Part shown: piece after piece, positions 51,292 through 64,000 of the stretch
Position numbering within the stretch: position 1 is the first letter of the stretch
Layout: every line of letters begins with the position of its first letter
From: Callorhinchus milii
Taxonomy: Eukaryota
NCBI RefSeq assembly: GCF_018977255.1
Contig: NW_024704742.1
Span: forward strand, 75,022,001-75,086,000
Direction: 5' to 3'
DNA: 64,000 bases
Notes under the pieces: generated by a model
What the model was told of the DNA's origin: nothing
Databases searched by the model: none
The model's input: only the letters and a program-made list of their open reading frames with translations
Made by a program: the position numbers and the translations under genes

Positions 51292-51350
51292 GAGCTGGGT
51301 GTATTCTGTTTGGAGTCTGCTTCTGTCTCCAAACAGAATACACCCAGCTC
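51292..51350. other. Perfect 24-bp inverted repeat with 11-nt loop
   Basis: GAGCTGGGTGTATTCTGTTTGGAG-tctgcttctgt-CTCCAAACAGAATACACCCAGCTC. Confidence 0.95.
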
Positions 51351-52299
51351 ACAGAGGTCATGGGCCGTGACTGTGCTATGAGATAGTATTTCAGTGATTT
51401 GCATGGGCAGAGAATCCATGTGAGTGGAAAGATGTGCTGGGGGCTGTTGTGTGACTACCAGCACAGCATGCTTGTTACGTTTCATCACGGTAATTGTAGC
51501 CCTTTTAAGGACAAAATAAGGAAATCCACATTGTTTTGTTCTTCATTTCAATATTGTGCATGGTACTAGTGTTCACTCACCATAACAGGAAGGGGAGTGG
51601 CAGTCTCACGGAGCCTAGTTCAGGTGAGGACACAAGCTGCAAAGGTTCTGCAATTTGTAGAGGGAAGAGTTGGCATAGTCTAGCCTGCAAAAGAAAAGTT
51701 ACAAATGAAATATGCAACAGACAAGGAAATATCAGAAGATCACAAGATTTACACGGCTGCCCATGATTTTAGACATTACAGTGTCTAGGATACATTTACA
51801 AGATTGTTTGGATGAAGAAAGCCCTTCAGCCCATTTGATCTCATCCTTCAAGAACCCCCACCCCCAACATTTCCTGTTCAAGTCATCAATATCCCACTGG
51901 GTGAAGTGAAACCTGCTAGTATCTTTCCTGAAATGGCCCTTTCTAACTCTAAACCAATGTACTCTTGTTCTATTGTCTTGGTGGATCCTGAGATATTGAT
52001 ATGGGTTTACTTTTTCAAACCCTGAGAGTCAAACTTGAGATGTTTTCCCTTTAATTTAATTTGAATTCAAATGGGAGTTTGTTTCCTAGTATGGAGCTTA
52101 AAAGATGAATGAGACAGGCTGATACTTTGCAACCACAGCCTTCATAAAGAGGTAAAGTAAAACTGATTTTCCGGCTTGGTTTTCCTGGAACACTGAGGAT
52201 TGTTGTGAACAATTTATTAGGTCACATGTTGGAAAGTGCTGCAGTTTAATGGTCTTACATTCTTTCTTTGATCAGGTTAAAAATTCCTAAAGGAATATA

Positions 52300-52579
52300 G
52301 ATTCCCAGGCAGGGCGAAACGTTGGGCAAGTTTCCGCGGTTGTTAGTCAATTGCCGCATCGCTTAAAAATAAGGGGAATAATCCCTTAAAAAATAATATT
52401 AATTTGGTCACTCAATCCACAACTATTTTTGGGACACTGCTGTGCACAATTGGCTGCCACGTTTTGCCCACAAAATATAAAGTAAATTCACTTTACGGTA
52501 TATTCTGTGAAGCACTTTGAGTCGTCTCGAAGGCACGATAAGACGCTATATCAAATGCAAGGATTACTGTTATTATTAT
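52300..52579 (+). mobile_element. SINE (long subfamily), partial
   Basis: ggcagggcgaaacgttgggcaagttt...caaatgcaaggattac. Confidence 0.85.
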
Positions 52580-54369
52580 GAGCCGGCTCAGGCACAATGA
52601 GCTGAATGGCCTCTTTCTGTGCTGTAATATTCTGTGATTCTGTTGATGAAAGGTATTGCTATGAGGTCAGAGAGGTTAAGATTCTTCCCATTGGAGCAGA
52701 AAAGGATGAGGGAGTAATATGATAGAAGTATTTAAGATAATTAAAAGGTTCGGGAGCATTAATTCTGAAACGCATTTTCAATGATGAGGATTCGTAGACC
52801 AGAGAGAATGAATTCGAGGTTTTGCTAGAACAGAAGAGGATGAAAAGAACTTCTCCCAGGGATTTGCCATGGGTGGCTGTTAGACCAGAGTTATTTGGGG
52901 CTTCAAAATGACTTTTGGCAAAAGCACATGCAGAAGAAGATACAAAGAAAGAGCAGGGAGATTGGCATTAGGGTGGATGGCTTCTTCGAGGAGCAAACAC
53001 TGATAAAAAATGGGCCAACTAGTTTCCTACTGTGTCATGCTACAGTTCATTGTATATCATAAGGGATTGCATTAAAGAGTTTGCTATAGAAGGACTCTTG
53101 ATGGGAGAGATGGACATTTCTGGGTTGCAAAGAACTCAGCTTTCAGTAGACTTAGAACTTAGTTGGTGGAAGCCACTTCTGGGAACTTGCAGAACCAGAA
53201 TCAACCTAAATAAACTATAATTTATCTGAACATTTCAAAGTTGTTAGCTATTAATTTTGATAAATTGTTTGAATGCTTGTAGCTTAGTTATTGAATTCTG
53301 TTTTGTTAATGCATCTAGTTTTAGTTCAATATGCCTTTGTACACTTAAGTAATACTTGTCACTTTCCAATAGAAGAGGATGGATTTACTGGCTGCTGTAC
53401 CTTGGTAAAGTTTTAATAGACATATTGCTGGACCATTTAGGGTTAAAGTCATAGTAAGCCCTTCTAAAACACAGCAATAATAGACAATCCGTTTTATAAC
53501 TAGGGAAGAGAAATAATGAAAATAAGTAGGCCCAAATAGTAAAACTATTGGAAAAAGCTTGGCAACAGAAGAGTAAAATAAAATTCCACCACTGGAGAAT
53601 GTTATCTTACATATGTCAGAGAGAAAAAACACAGCAGCATGGATAATAGAACAGGTATATTGAAGAGAGTGAAGGCAGATGGAACGGTGTCAGAAATCCT
53701 CAGAGTATCACATTATAAAGGTCACTAAATAACAAGAGTTCAAAAAACTGTTGAATGGGACTCCAGTAAAATTTACATAAGTTGTAGCAGACAAAGCAAA
53801 GTGAGTGATGAATGACAACATGAACTGCTAGAAGACTGGTATGTTTAGATGGAACCAGGTTGATGTGAAAATAGGGCATCAGAGAAAGTGGAGCCAGACC
53901 AGTAAGAGAACACATAAGAGGAGAGCTGGTTAGTGAGTCAGCTCATTCCACCAAGGGATGTTGGACTGCAAATGGAAGTGAAAAAAGGGAAGTGAATAAG
54001 ACAAGATATTCTTGAACTTGCAGTCAGCATTTTACAGAAAAAGATGACAGTGGAGACCAGTAAATACCAAAGCAAGAGTCACTTATCACGGTGAGCAGTT
54101 CTGATTATGGCCTGAATGATTCCTAGGAGTAGATATGATTAATGAGTGAAGCAATTTTAATTTAGAAAGAAGCAAAGATGCAATCTTAACATTTTAAAGG
54201 ATGTGAATTTAGCTTAATAAGCTTTAAACAATCGATTATAATCAATGAAATTAATTATACCAGAGTGACGGTAGTTAAGTATTTGTTAATTTATAACTAC
54301 TAATTAGGTAAGTACCTGAGTGCCAATCCATTCAATAGGATCAGATGTTATCTCAGAACGACTACAAGA

Positions 54370-54665
54370 TCATGGGAATGGTTGGCATAAAGAAGGCCCT
54401 TCAGCTCTTCTGATCTCATCCCTCCAGACCATATACCCATTATATAAAGCTGCTTTTCAAATGTGGCTAGTGTCCTGGCCTTAACCACGTTTCCTGACAA
54501 CATATTCCAGTCATTTATCACCCTCCATGTAAAGAAAAGCTTCCTGGTATCGGTTCTGAAATTGCCCTTTGCAATGCTTAATTTATGTTCTCTTGTTCTA
54601 ATATCTTGATACATCCTAAAGTATTCACCTAGGTTTACTTTTTCAATCCCATTTAAAATTTTATC
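54370..54665 (-). mobile_element. CR1 3' fragment (related relics at about 1060, 44030, 51800 and 52580-53060)
   Basis: Encodes RTREHKLSIAKGNFRTDTRKLFFTWRVINDWN. Confidence 0.8.
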
Positions 54666-55235
54666 AAGACTGAAGAGCTAATCGTTGCTCGGTTTGTCTT
54701 GAGGTGAAAGAGTGCACCTGGCACACAGCCAAACCTAACCACTCATCATAAGGTACAGTAACAAGCCACATAATAAACCAAGACAAGGACAATGAATCTG
54801 TGATAGTGGCAGGCCACATGATAACCACAGTTAGTACCGTCAAGTCTTAGCGTATAGCAATAGATCATGCACAAACAATGCCATGAATTATCGAGTACTG
54901 AGGTGAAAGGAAGTTGTTTACCAGCTAAGGGCTGGGACCATTCTAACTGAATAAAGTGGAAGGGTGGAGGGTGGAGACCCTCCAAGTAATTACAATACAG
55001 AACCAATGGAGTCCAAGGCAGGTATCAGCTGTAGGTGAACAATGGCAGGTGATGGAGCAATGTTACATGTGGTACAACACCAGAAATGATAGATGAACAA
55101 GACAGCTATCTTATCACAGAAAAGAGGGAGTCCAGAAGGTAAAGATAATATTATTGTTGAATTACTCATTCCTTAAGAATGAGATCCCACCAACATGAGA
55201 GACATGTTGGAAAGAGGGTGACCAAAGTTGTGATA

Positions 55236-55402
55236 TAATAATCTTTGCATTTGATATAGCCCTTATCACATCTTGTAGACGTTTCAAAGCGCTTCACAGA
55301 ATACACTGTAAAGTGAATTCCCAACATTTCCCCCTGCCGGGAATAGAATCCAGGTCTCTCACTTACGAGGCGAGTGCTCTAACCACTGCGCTACAGGGCT
55401 CC
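55236..55402 (-). mobile_element. SINE with head fused directly to tail (middle deleted)
   Basis: Junction ...gtaaagtgaatt|cccaacatttc... on the + strand. Confidence 0.85.
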
Positions 55403-56759
55403 ATCTACCCTATTATCTAAAAAAAGCATCATTTCTTTAAGACTTATCAGACATTGTAATGGTATCACAACCTTTTGGTCACTCTGTATAATTTAAATTG
55501 TATATGGACAATATTTAATCCTAGCACAGTATATTTGTGGGACACAAATGGTGTGCAAATTGGCTGATGTATTTGCCTACCAATACAGTCAATTAACTTT
55601 ACAGCTTTGGCACACAGGTGCCATATCAAGTGCAAGCATTATTATTATTTATTATTTTAAATGGATAGCGGCCTGTAAGGGCTAGAAATGCTTATCTCAC
55701 CTACACTAGTCAAACGTTAGTCACTGTCACTGGATGCAGCAGAAAACACGCTGTCTTATTGTCTCTGATGCCGTGTCCAGAGGTGCAAAGACAAAACCAT
55801 CTCTTGTACCATTGCTTCACTTGCAATGACCAACTTTACAGCACTGAGAGTAGGGCTGCGGTCAGTCACTGTGCTGCATGGTACATAGTGTCCACTAGTG
55901 TCAAGTGCTCTGTGTGAGGGGTGCTATATAAATGCAGGTTGTTGTTGTTGGATAATATATGGTCTCTGTGAGGAGAAGCTGAAGAAGCTTTGTGTTTCAG
56001 GTAAAATGCAAGAGAGATTTAACAATACAGATACACTAGGTTTAGAATTTGAAATATTTTAAGATTCAAAGTAGCTTCTGACCAGTGGAAAGGGCACTGT
56101 GAAGACTAATATTGGTATTTAAGGACTTGTATAACAAAATAACCATACAACACTGGAATTTAAAGAATTCCAAAACAAAAGAAGTTGAACAAAGAATGTC
56201 TAGGGAAATAAATCAGGAAGGGAAAAATAGAATTAAAGAAATCACATAAAAAGTTAAAATATCTAAACACTTTATCCTTATCAAAAACTTCTATTTATTT
56301 ATACATAAGGCACCATTAAATGAAGAATTGACAGCATACAGTGAGGGTGAGGTTCAGAGATTCAAAGACATTCCTGTTCAGATTGATACAAAATAAAGGA
56401 TGGGATTAAGAGGAATGTTGGAAACAGATGGAAGTAATTTAAGCAACTTTTAGCACGTCATTTACAAAGATTTACAAAGAATATACATCACAGAAACAGT
56501 ACATTCATCTCAACCAGTCCGTGTCTGTGTTGTACTCCACATTAATCTAAGAGGAGTTGTTAATAGAAGAACTTGAAAGGATGGAAGGAGGTAACTCATA
56601 TAGGTGTGTAAAGAGGTAAGTAAAACATATTGATGAAGTGGACTTGCCCTTGGCTTATCTCTGCTGATGGGGAGTCTGCTCCATCACACATTTGAACTCA
56701 ATAATTCTTCCTAGTCAGCAACTCTGACTGGGTCATGAACACTGACAATAAGCCAAACT

Positions 56760-57600
56760 ATCCATTTTTGGGGGTCAGTTGGGTGTCTTGACATATGTGG
56801 AAACCCATTACCATGTTTAAGAATATCCAAACCAGGCTGTGATTTGCATGCATCCCACCATGGGAATCCCAGAGATAGATTGATGGAATGCACACTCTCT
56901 CCCTGGAGGGACGCATCCTGCTTACCCAATTCCAGAAAGGTGCAGGTTGGCAAGAATCAAGACTTGGATCAGACTCCACATCAGCAGAGGTAAGCCAAGA
57001 TCAAGTCAACTTTATCAGTATGTTTTACTTAACTCCTTACACACAGCTGGAATCAGTAACTCCCACAGGCAGTTCTTCATCACTGCAACTGAGCATAAAT
57101 GATACTGTGGTACACTGTCTGCTTCTACATTGACTGCATTGGAAATTTACAAAGTAACCATTAGATGAGACATTTAACTGAAGCAATTCTGTCAGTGCAC
57201 CTTAGATCTTCAGTCCACAACTCAAGTTTGTAAAGAAGACCCAAGTAACTATTTTAATTTTTTTTTACTGATTGTACCACTATTAAAAATATTTTATTCA
57301 ATTGGGTTTGGATTAAGGTGGGTTAACTGCTGGAGTCTAACCAGCTAAAACCACATAGCTCGCCATTGATAATACTCTGGCAAGCTTTCTTTCTGCTTGT
57401 CCAGCTAGGACCACCCTATCCATTAGGACTTTGGCTTGCAGAATTCACAGGAGATGAGTGAGATGACCCCAGTGACTGGTCTGTCATCAGCAGTGCCCTG
57501 GAATACTGCAGACGTGCCTGGCTCGGGAACCAGACCAGAGACCATCAGAGTGGGATTCCGACATTCCGTTGTCAGACATGTCACCTTAGAGTCAGTTCAG
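56760..57600 (-). repeat. Unclassified dispersed repeat, second long copy (with an internal ~330-bp unrelated segment)
   Basis: 56760-56970 and 57325-57600 are reverse complements of 26450-26680 and 25850-26425. Confidence 0.85.
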
Positions 57601-57897
57601 CTCCAAGGAGTCCCCGCTTACTAAATCAGCATAATTATGTCAAATTGTAAATTTAAGAGGTTACAAATCTGCTCCTATAAATGAGCTGAGACAATGCTGT
57701 TGTGATCTATCCTAGTTTACAACTAATAAAGAAATGTACACTAAAATGTTGCACTGTAACATTAAACAAATTCCCCTATATTTATATATTGTGACAGACC
57801 TCTCAGAGCATAGTTTCTAGTTAGAATCACCTTAAACTTGTCAGTACAAGTACTGTACTTGGCTACTGCATGCAAAGCATCCATTCACTCTGTACTG

Positions 57898-58074
57898 ACA
57901 GCTGAAGAAGAAATTGTGTTTTTAACACAGTTTCCTAGTGATAATGAACAGTGCTTTATTTACCCTTTGTACCATAGGTATATCTCCTCCAGGAAAGGGG
58001 CTACTTTTTACATTTTTTCCTATAATAATGTCACCAGCATCTGTTATGAGCATTAGAAAGTTCTGATGTTGAGC
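57898..58074. repeat. ~178-bp direct repeat, copy 1
   Basis: acagctgaagaagaaattgtgt...gcattagaa.gtt.tgatgttgagc recurs at 59807-59985. Confidence 0.92.
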
Positions 58075-58399
58075 TGCTGGTGTTGTAAATTGCAACTTTG
58101 GCTTTTGCTGCTCCACAGGACCTACTCAACAGTATAAATCAATAACTGTGGGCCTGACTGCTCAGCGTTCGTTCAATCAGAACAGATACGAGGACACAAA
58201 CACTGCAAACATTCTGCCCACAGTGTGCTTTAACAAAAGCAATCTGCTGTGTCATAGTTATGCATTAGAGGCCCAAAGATAGCATTTATTGAAAACAAAA
58301 ATCCTCAGATTAATTGATCATGTACCTTATGGCTGTTTGTGGGACCTCGCTGTGCAGATAATGACTTCTGTGTTTGTCAACGAAACAGTCAGTATTCAA

Positions 58400-58575
58400 C
58401 ATAACAATCCTTGTGTTTGATATAGCACCTTATCACGTCTTTGAGACATCTCAAAGCACTACACAGAATATACTGTAAAGTAAATTGACTGTACATTTTG
58501 TCGGCGAAATGCGGCAGCCAATTGCACACAGCAGTGTCCCACAAACAGTCATGGATTGAGTGACCAAATTATTTT
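58400..58575 (-). mobile_element. SINE 3' half
   Basis: Tail and ggcagccaattgcacacagcagtgtcccacaaac. Confidence 0.85.
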
Positions 58576-59806
58576 TATGTTTTTCTTTGACTAATTGTAG
58601 AGTGAACATTGGCTAACTCAGTACAACACAGGAATTTATGGGGCTTATGTAACTTCTCGGACCTGAGAGAGAGAGTAGAAAAATAACAGCAATGAGAATA
58701 ACCACATCATAGACCTGAAGAAAGACAGGAACACACTGGAGGAGCAAAGAGAGTATATTGGATCAACATTGTTCACTGTGGGCATGCAGGAACACGCTTG
58801 CTAACATTCCTAATTTCAGTTTGTGACATGCAACACTTGTGGACAAACATATGAGGGAATCTAATAAAATGTTCAAAATCTTTTAACAGTTTGAGGGGAG
58901 AGATGGTTTTTGTTTCTTGTGAATCACCAAAATTGTGAATTACTAGTCGCTTAAAGGGAAACAGGTTTAACACAAAGATTTGTCAGGAATGGGAATTTGT
59001 TACCACAAGCTAGCTCGCCAGCTTCCCACACTAAAAAATGAGTCAAAAAGTGCCACTAATGTACAACGATTGGCCTCAACCTCTCAGGTCTGGAAGTCGA
59101 AAATCAGTCAGAGTTCCCATACGTTTGGAATTCGAAAAGGACAGCCTCCTGCAATAGATTAGTCTGCCGATACTGACTGTCATGGCCCAGTGGAAGCTGG
59201 TTAAGTCAGAAATATTCATGATGGCTGTTTTGTCCGGCTTAAGAGACATACAGAGGTAGCCGAAATACATTCCAGCCCAGCAGAGGAGCCCCACCAACGC
59301 CGTACAATAATACGTAATAATGTTGTTTCACTTGAAACAATGTTAACTAACCAAACAGGACACCAAGTATTTTAACCTAGGAGTTCAAGCTAAAATCCTG
59401 TACCTCAACAGATTTCAGTAAAATATATTTACATTTGTTTGGCTGCAAAATACTAGCAGAGGAAGAGCTTCCTGCCACCCATTGCCGTTCCCATTAGAGG
59501 GGAAAAGGACCAAGTAGCAGCGGTGCTGTGGCGATTGACAGCCTTGCAGCTGCGGTTCAACTATCAATCGCGATATTCCCTCCCCTGGTCTTCCCCACTC
59601 CTCCACCCTCTTACTGATTGACCTCACAACTCGATTTACCCAGCGTCCGGCGTTAACTGGCGTCCGCCTAAAGTGGATTCCACTGTATTCATGGTCATTG
59701 GGCAGAATAATAGAGGATATAAACTTCCCAGATGGAAATGAGTCAAATGCCTGGAGGAGGAAGGGAATGTTAAAAAACAAATTGATGTGAAAACATTAAA
59801 AGCGAA

Positions 59807-59985
59807 ACAGCTGAAGAAGAAATTGTGTCTCAAGCACAGTTTCCTAGTGGTAATCAACAGTGCTTTATTTATCCTTTTACCATAGGTATATCCCCTCCAG
59901 GAAATGGTTTAGTTATTAATTTTTTTTCCTTTATAATAACATCACCAGCATCTGCTACAAGCATTAGAAGGTTTTGATGTTGAGC
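59807..59985. repeat. ~178-bp direct repeat, copy 2
   Basis: Matches 57898-58074 over its full length. Confidence 0.92.
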
Positions 59986-61051
59986 CAATGTATTCAGAGG
60001 TTGTGGTTTTTAACACAATCAGCATCCAATGCTCTTAGTTGCCTCCAATATTTATTTTTATAACTGCATTGTGTGATCAGAATCAATGTTTAAGAAGTGA
60101 TCACCTCAAAAAATATTACAATTAAATACTATAAAAATAAGTACAAAGAGCTTGTTCTCAAGCTTCAGTCATCTTTCACAAGCAAAATATGCATTTAATG
60201 GAAATTAGGAAACTTCTACCATTTCTATCATTCTTGCCCTTTATAAATGCTCCATGCACCAGTTTTTTTTCCTACCAAGAGGTCATCTTAGTTTCGTACA
60301 TAATAAATAAGGTCAGCTATCATTGCTTTTGTTCATGTGTTTGTTTATGTGGCTGTATCTCAATTCTGGTTATTTGAGTTCAAACAAGAATTTTTGATAA
60401 ATAAGTCACAAGAAGTTTCAACTAAATCCAGCTCCATTGATTACATGTCAGAGTATTGTTGTAGTTGCATTTGAGATAAATCAAAGCTAGTGTACATTGC
60501 TGTAAAAATAATTCAACAAATTTTACTCGTTCACTTTCCATGTTTTAATGTCATGCGGAGAATTTTCTCATCACTTCATCAGAACAGTGTACAGAAATTG
60601 GACTGAGACTAAAACTCGATATGGTAGAATGTTTGACTCATTTTTACCATTTTCATCTTCCTGTCTGAGTGCACTAAAAAATGATTATATTGCAAAAATT
60701 GAACCCTTGCAAAGAACCGTCCCATGTCTCATAGAAAACTGTTACTCAAATTCATCAGGAAAAACAACTCTGTTGCAGAAGATACCAATCCAGACTCCAT
60801 ATGTTGTGTTGGACAAAGCAGGAACTCATTAATTGTGAAATACTTCCCATAAGATTATCCATATTCTCTGCACTAAGAGTGTCTTAAAGACTCACTGTCT
60901 TCATGTTTGGCAAAATTGCTTGCTATTGGGGGTAGGTGCTCCATGATGTTATTCTAGTTAAAGAGCCCTATATAAATGCAAGAAGTTGTTGTTGGGTGAG
61001 CCATAAACTCGCTGATTGATGAGGTCCTTTTTGATGTGATTAAGTTATGTG

Positions 61052-61286
61052 AGGGAGAAATTCCACCTCAGCTTAGATTTATTATATTAACATAGTATTT
61101 CACTGTCTCTAGAATATGGCAAGTTCTCAAATACAGTCCTTAAAGCCTTTTTTCTGTCAGTTTCTTTTGCCAAGTACCAAAACTGCTGTCAAAGTTCAGA
61201 CTCAATTCAACAATTTGCTAAATTCTGGACGCTCTGAAATGCTACTTAAGTAAAGTAAATTTAAACTCAGTTGAAGTTTATCCCCT
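61052..61286. mobile_element. Probable MITE with ~50-bp imperfect terminal inverted repeats
   Basis: agggagaaattccacctcagcttagattta...tagtatttca pairs with tgaaatgcta...taaatttaaactcagttgaagttttatcccct. A related end lies near 25134. Confidence 0.55.
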
Positions 61287-61868
61287 GCAATTGGTTAAAA
61301 AAAAGGTCCCATAGATTCTTGTTAGAAATATTGCAGTTGAAAATCCATTATTTACATATTAGTATTTGTTATAGAAGCAACTTCTTGTTTGCACATTGAA
61401 TTTTGAATTTTCTACAAAGTTTCTTTTAATTCTGAAGGAGGCCATTTATAGCTGGCATTTTGTAGGCTTTGAACAATTTCTTTGTGGAGAAATGGCCTGA
61501 AAGGAAAATACTGGCCTTGCACAAAGTGGAAGTCCCAACCAGTGCAACAACTTTCAGTAAACAAATCAACCCTTAACAGCGTGGATTCAAGGAAGGCCAA
61601 AAGGGGAATTGGACTCCCTTCCCCAAACAAGTTTTTTTTATTTTTAACCCCTTTTCTCGAGCATAAAAATGTTGCAAATTTCTTGACTTTTGATCATGTT
61701 TAATGGTCAGTGGAAGTGCAAAAATAAAATCCCAATACCTACGTTTAGCGTTGTCCTCAATTATATTTGAATTACCGACTTTTCCTGCTGTGTGCAATGA
61801 TACAAATTTAAAAATAGCTTTAAAACATTACCTCCCTTTATCCATCAGAGCCCTGTCAATGAGTGACA

Positions 61869-62959
61869 ACAACAACAAGATTCCATTTATAGAGCGCCTT
61901 TCACGTCGGGAGGACGTCCCAAGGCGCTGTACAGTTGGGTCAGGACCCGAGCAGGGGGGAAAAGGTCAGGGTGAGGGGAGGGAAGGAAGGGAGCGAGGAG
62001 TGGGTAGAGAGTCGAGAGGGGAGCTGAAGACACAGTCAAAGAGAAAGGAGGCCTTGAAGGAGGAAAGGGAGGAAGCAGCGAAGGCACTGGGGGATAGAGT
62101 TCCAGAGCCTCGGGGCTGAGAGGCTGAAGGCCCGGCCACCAATGGTAGGGCGGTTGGGGCGGGGGATGTGGAGCAGACCGGAGCCGGAGGAACGGAGGGT
62201 ACGGGCAGGTAGGTAGGGGGATAGTAGGTCGGAGAGGTAGGAGGGAGCGAGGCCGTGAATGGCCTTGTAGGTGAGGATGAGGATCTTGAATTCGATCCTC
62301 TGGGGGATGGGGAGCCAGTGGAGGCGAGCGAGGGTGGGAGTGATGTGATCGCGAAGCCTGGTGCGGGACAATACACGAGGTGCAGAGTTCTGAATGACCT
62401 GCAGCTTGTGGAGGGAGGTGGCGGGAAGGCCGGCGAGGAGAGAGTTCCCATAGTCCAGCCTTGAGGTGATAAAGGCGTGGACCAGGGTTTCAGCCGCGTG
62501 AGGGGTGAGGTAGTGCCGTAGTCTGGCGATATTCCGGAGGTGATGGAAGGCGGTGCCAGTTGTGGTGCGGATATGAGGGAGAAAGGACAGCTCAGGGTCG
62601 AACAGAACCCCGAGGTTCCTGATGGCTTTGAGAGGTGGAGAGTGCAGCCTTGGATGCTGATGGTGTCGGCGCCTGAGGTGCGGAGGCGCTGACGTGAGCC
62701 AATCAGGAGGGCCTCAGTTTTGCGCACGTTGAGCTGAAGAAAGTTGTCTCTCATCCAGGACTCGATGTCGGACAGGCAGTCTGTCAGGACATCGGTGGTC
62801 GTGGAGTTGAGGGTAGAGGAGGAAAGGTAGAGTTGGGTGTCATCCGCATACATGTGGAAGTTAACCCCATGTCTGCGGATGATGTCACCATAGGGGGAGC
62901 ATATAGAGGGTGAAGAGGAGGGGACCGAGGACAGAGCCCTGAGGGACATCGCACGAGAC
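61869..62959 (-). mobile_element. Young L2 LINE, 1.1 kb, 5'-truncated
   Basis: Encodes [11 protein letters not shown]..., highly similar to 44566-45675. Target-site duplication AGTGACA at 61862-61868 and 62960-62966. Confidence 0.95.
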
Positions 62960-63103
62960 AGTGACAGGGATACATAGAGGCTCTGATGGATACAGAGAGG
63001 CTTTCGTTTTTTTTAATTTTCCGCTGTCTGTAACGATGCTAGTATGGGGATGCCAGAGTCCTTACAAGCAGTAGGAAATTGAGAAACAGATACTGTCTGT
63101 AAT

Positions 63104-63158
63104 ACACACACACTCACACAAACACACACGGACACACACACTCACACAACCACACATA
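63104..63158. repeat. (CA)n microsatellite, interrupted
   Basis: Read directly from the sequence. Confidence 0.9.
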
Positions 63159-63239
63159 CGTGAAATCCTGGAATTGTCCCTGCTTAATGTGCCTTTTTTA
63201 AGGACATTCTTATTCGAAAGATTCTTAAAAAAAGCAGGT

Positions 63240-63565
63240 CAGAAAGATGTGGATTCAAGCTCCACCTCACAATCTGAACTCATATTCTAGGCTGACACTC
63301 CAACGAATTACTGAGAGAACTTGAAGTTTGTACTTCTTTAAGTGAATGTCAAAAATCCCGTGAAACAATTTGAAAAGTTAGGGAGTTTCTCCTGGTGTCC
63401 TCGCCAACAAATTGGTCATGCACTTCAAGAGACCTTTCATGAGACAAAGTAACTGCTTCCTTTTTCTACAAATGTACACTCATTACACTGAATATTAACT
63501 ACTTGTGAAGTACTTTTGGACAATCCGATGTTATCAGTATTATCAAATTCAAGAAAGTTTATTAT
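63240..63565 (+). mobile_element. Old Deu-domain SINE
   Basis: ctaggctgacactcc...gggagtttctcctggtgtcctcgccaaca...gtgaagtacttttggac. Confidence 0.6.
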
Positions 63566-64000
63566 GAAACTCAGTACGAGCAAGCTGTATCCTATAAAGG
63601 TTTTGTCTGAAAAACGACTGCATGAGTTCTGAAATGCTTGCTGTATAATCTATTTAGAGTTTGAAGGTAGATCTATGGAAACCACTGATCTGCTGCACTA
63701 ATCACTACTCCTGCTGGGTGCTCCCTTCCCACCGCCTTTTCTGACTCCTATCACTGCTCTACCATCCCACAGCCTCCCTCTGCTCCAGCCTGCGAATACT
63801 CTGTTAAGCCAACCATGGCAGACGCTGCTGGCTGTACAACAGCAGCTACTCTAACTGCCCTATCCCCCATTCTCACCACAAGGACCATTGGCCCTGGGGG
63901 CCAACCTCTCCTCCCTCATCCACATCCACACCCTCCCTGTCAATCCTCCCCCTCTCACCTCATCTCCCACATTCCTCCACCACCAATTGTCACCTCCACT

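Noticed and set aside
57898..58074. Duplicated C/D-box snoRNA
   Set aside because: No RTGATGA/CTGA pair is conserved in both copies on either strand.
32297..64000. CXXC zinc-finger exon or main CpG-island promoter of the TET gene
   Set aside because: None seen. This is consistent with TET2 lacking CXXC and with its promoter lying beyond the right edge.

Overview
This is eukaryotic genomic DNA from a vertebrate. The repeat complement suggests a cartilaginous fish, possibly a chimaera (inference). The only host gene recognisable is the 5' half of tet2 (methylcytosine dioxygenase TET2) on the minus strand. It has one giant first coding exon (ATG at 32128, donor after 28711) and three small exons of 91, 94 and 209 bp (12637-12727, 5948-6041, 549-757). 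These have GT-AG boundaries, compatible phases, and the sizes recalled for human TET2 exons 4-6. The gene runs off the left edge, and no promoter or CXXC exon is evident in the 32 kb upstream of the ATG. The introns are dense with retroelements: young and old L2 LINEs, CR1 LINEs, a tRNA-Ala-headed SINE family in two subfamilies, older Deu-domain SINEs, LF-SINE-like relics, a Penelope-like element, and an unclassified dispersed repeat. Almost all other ORFs in the track are repeat-derived or spurious. No prokaryotic-type system (CRISPR, operon) is present, and no novel system can be demonstrated from the sequence alone. The best leads are: (1) minimal hammerhead-ribozyme motifs in Penelope pseudo-LTRs, with two inversion breakpoints at the same point in the motif; (2) a SINE family whose 3' stem-loop has switched loop sequence to match the young L2; (3) an intronic CpG-rich CTCF/CCAAT/CRE element with antisense splice donors; (4) a perfect 24-bp pre-miRNA-sized hairpin; (5) signs of an N-terminally extended and a short, intronically polyadenylated TET2 isoform. 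Repeat boundaries were placed by eye and are approximate.
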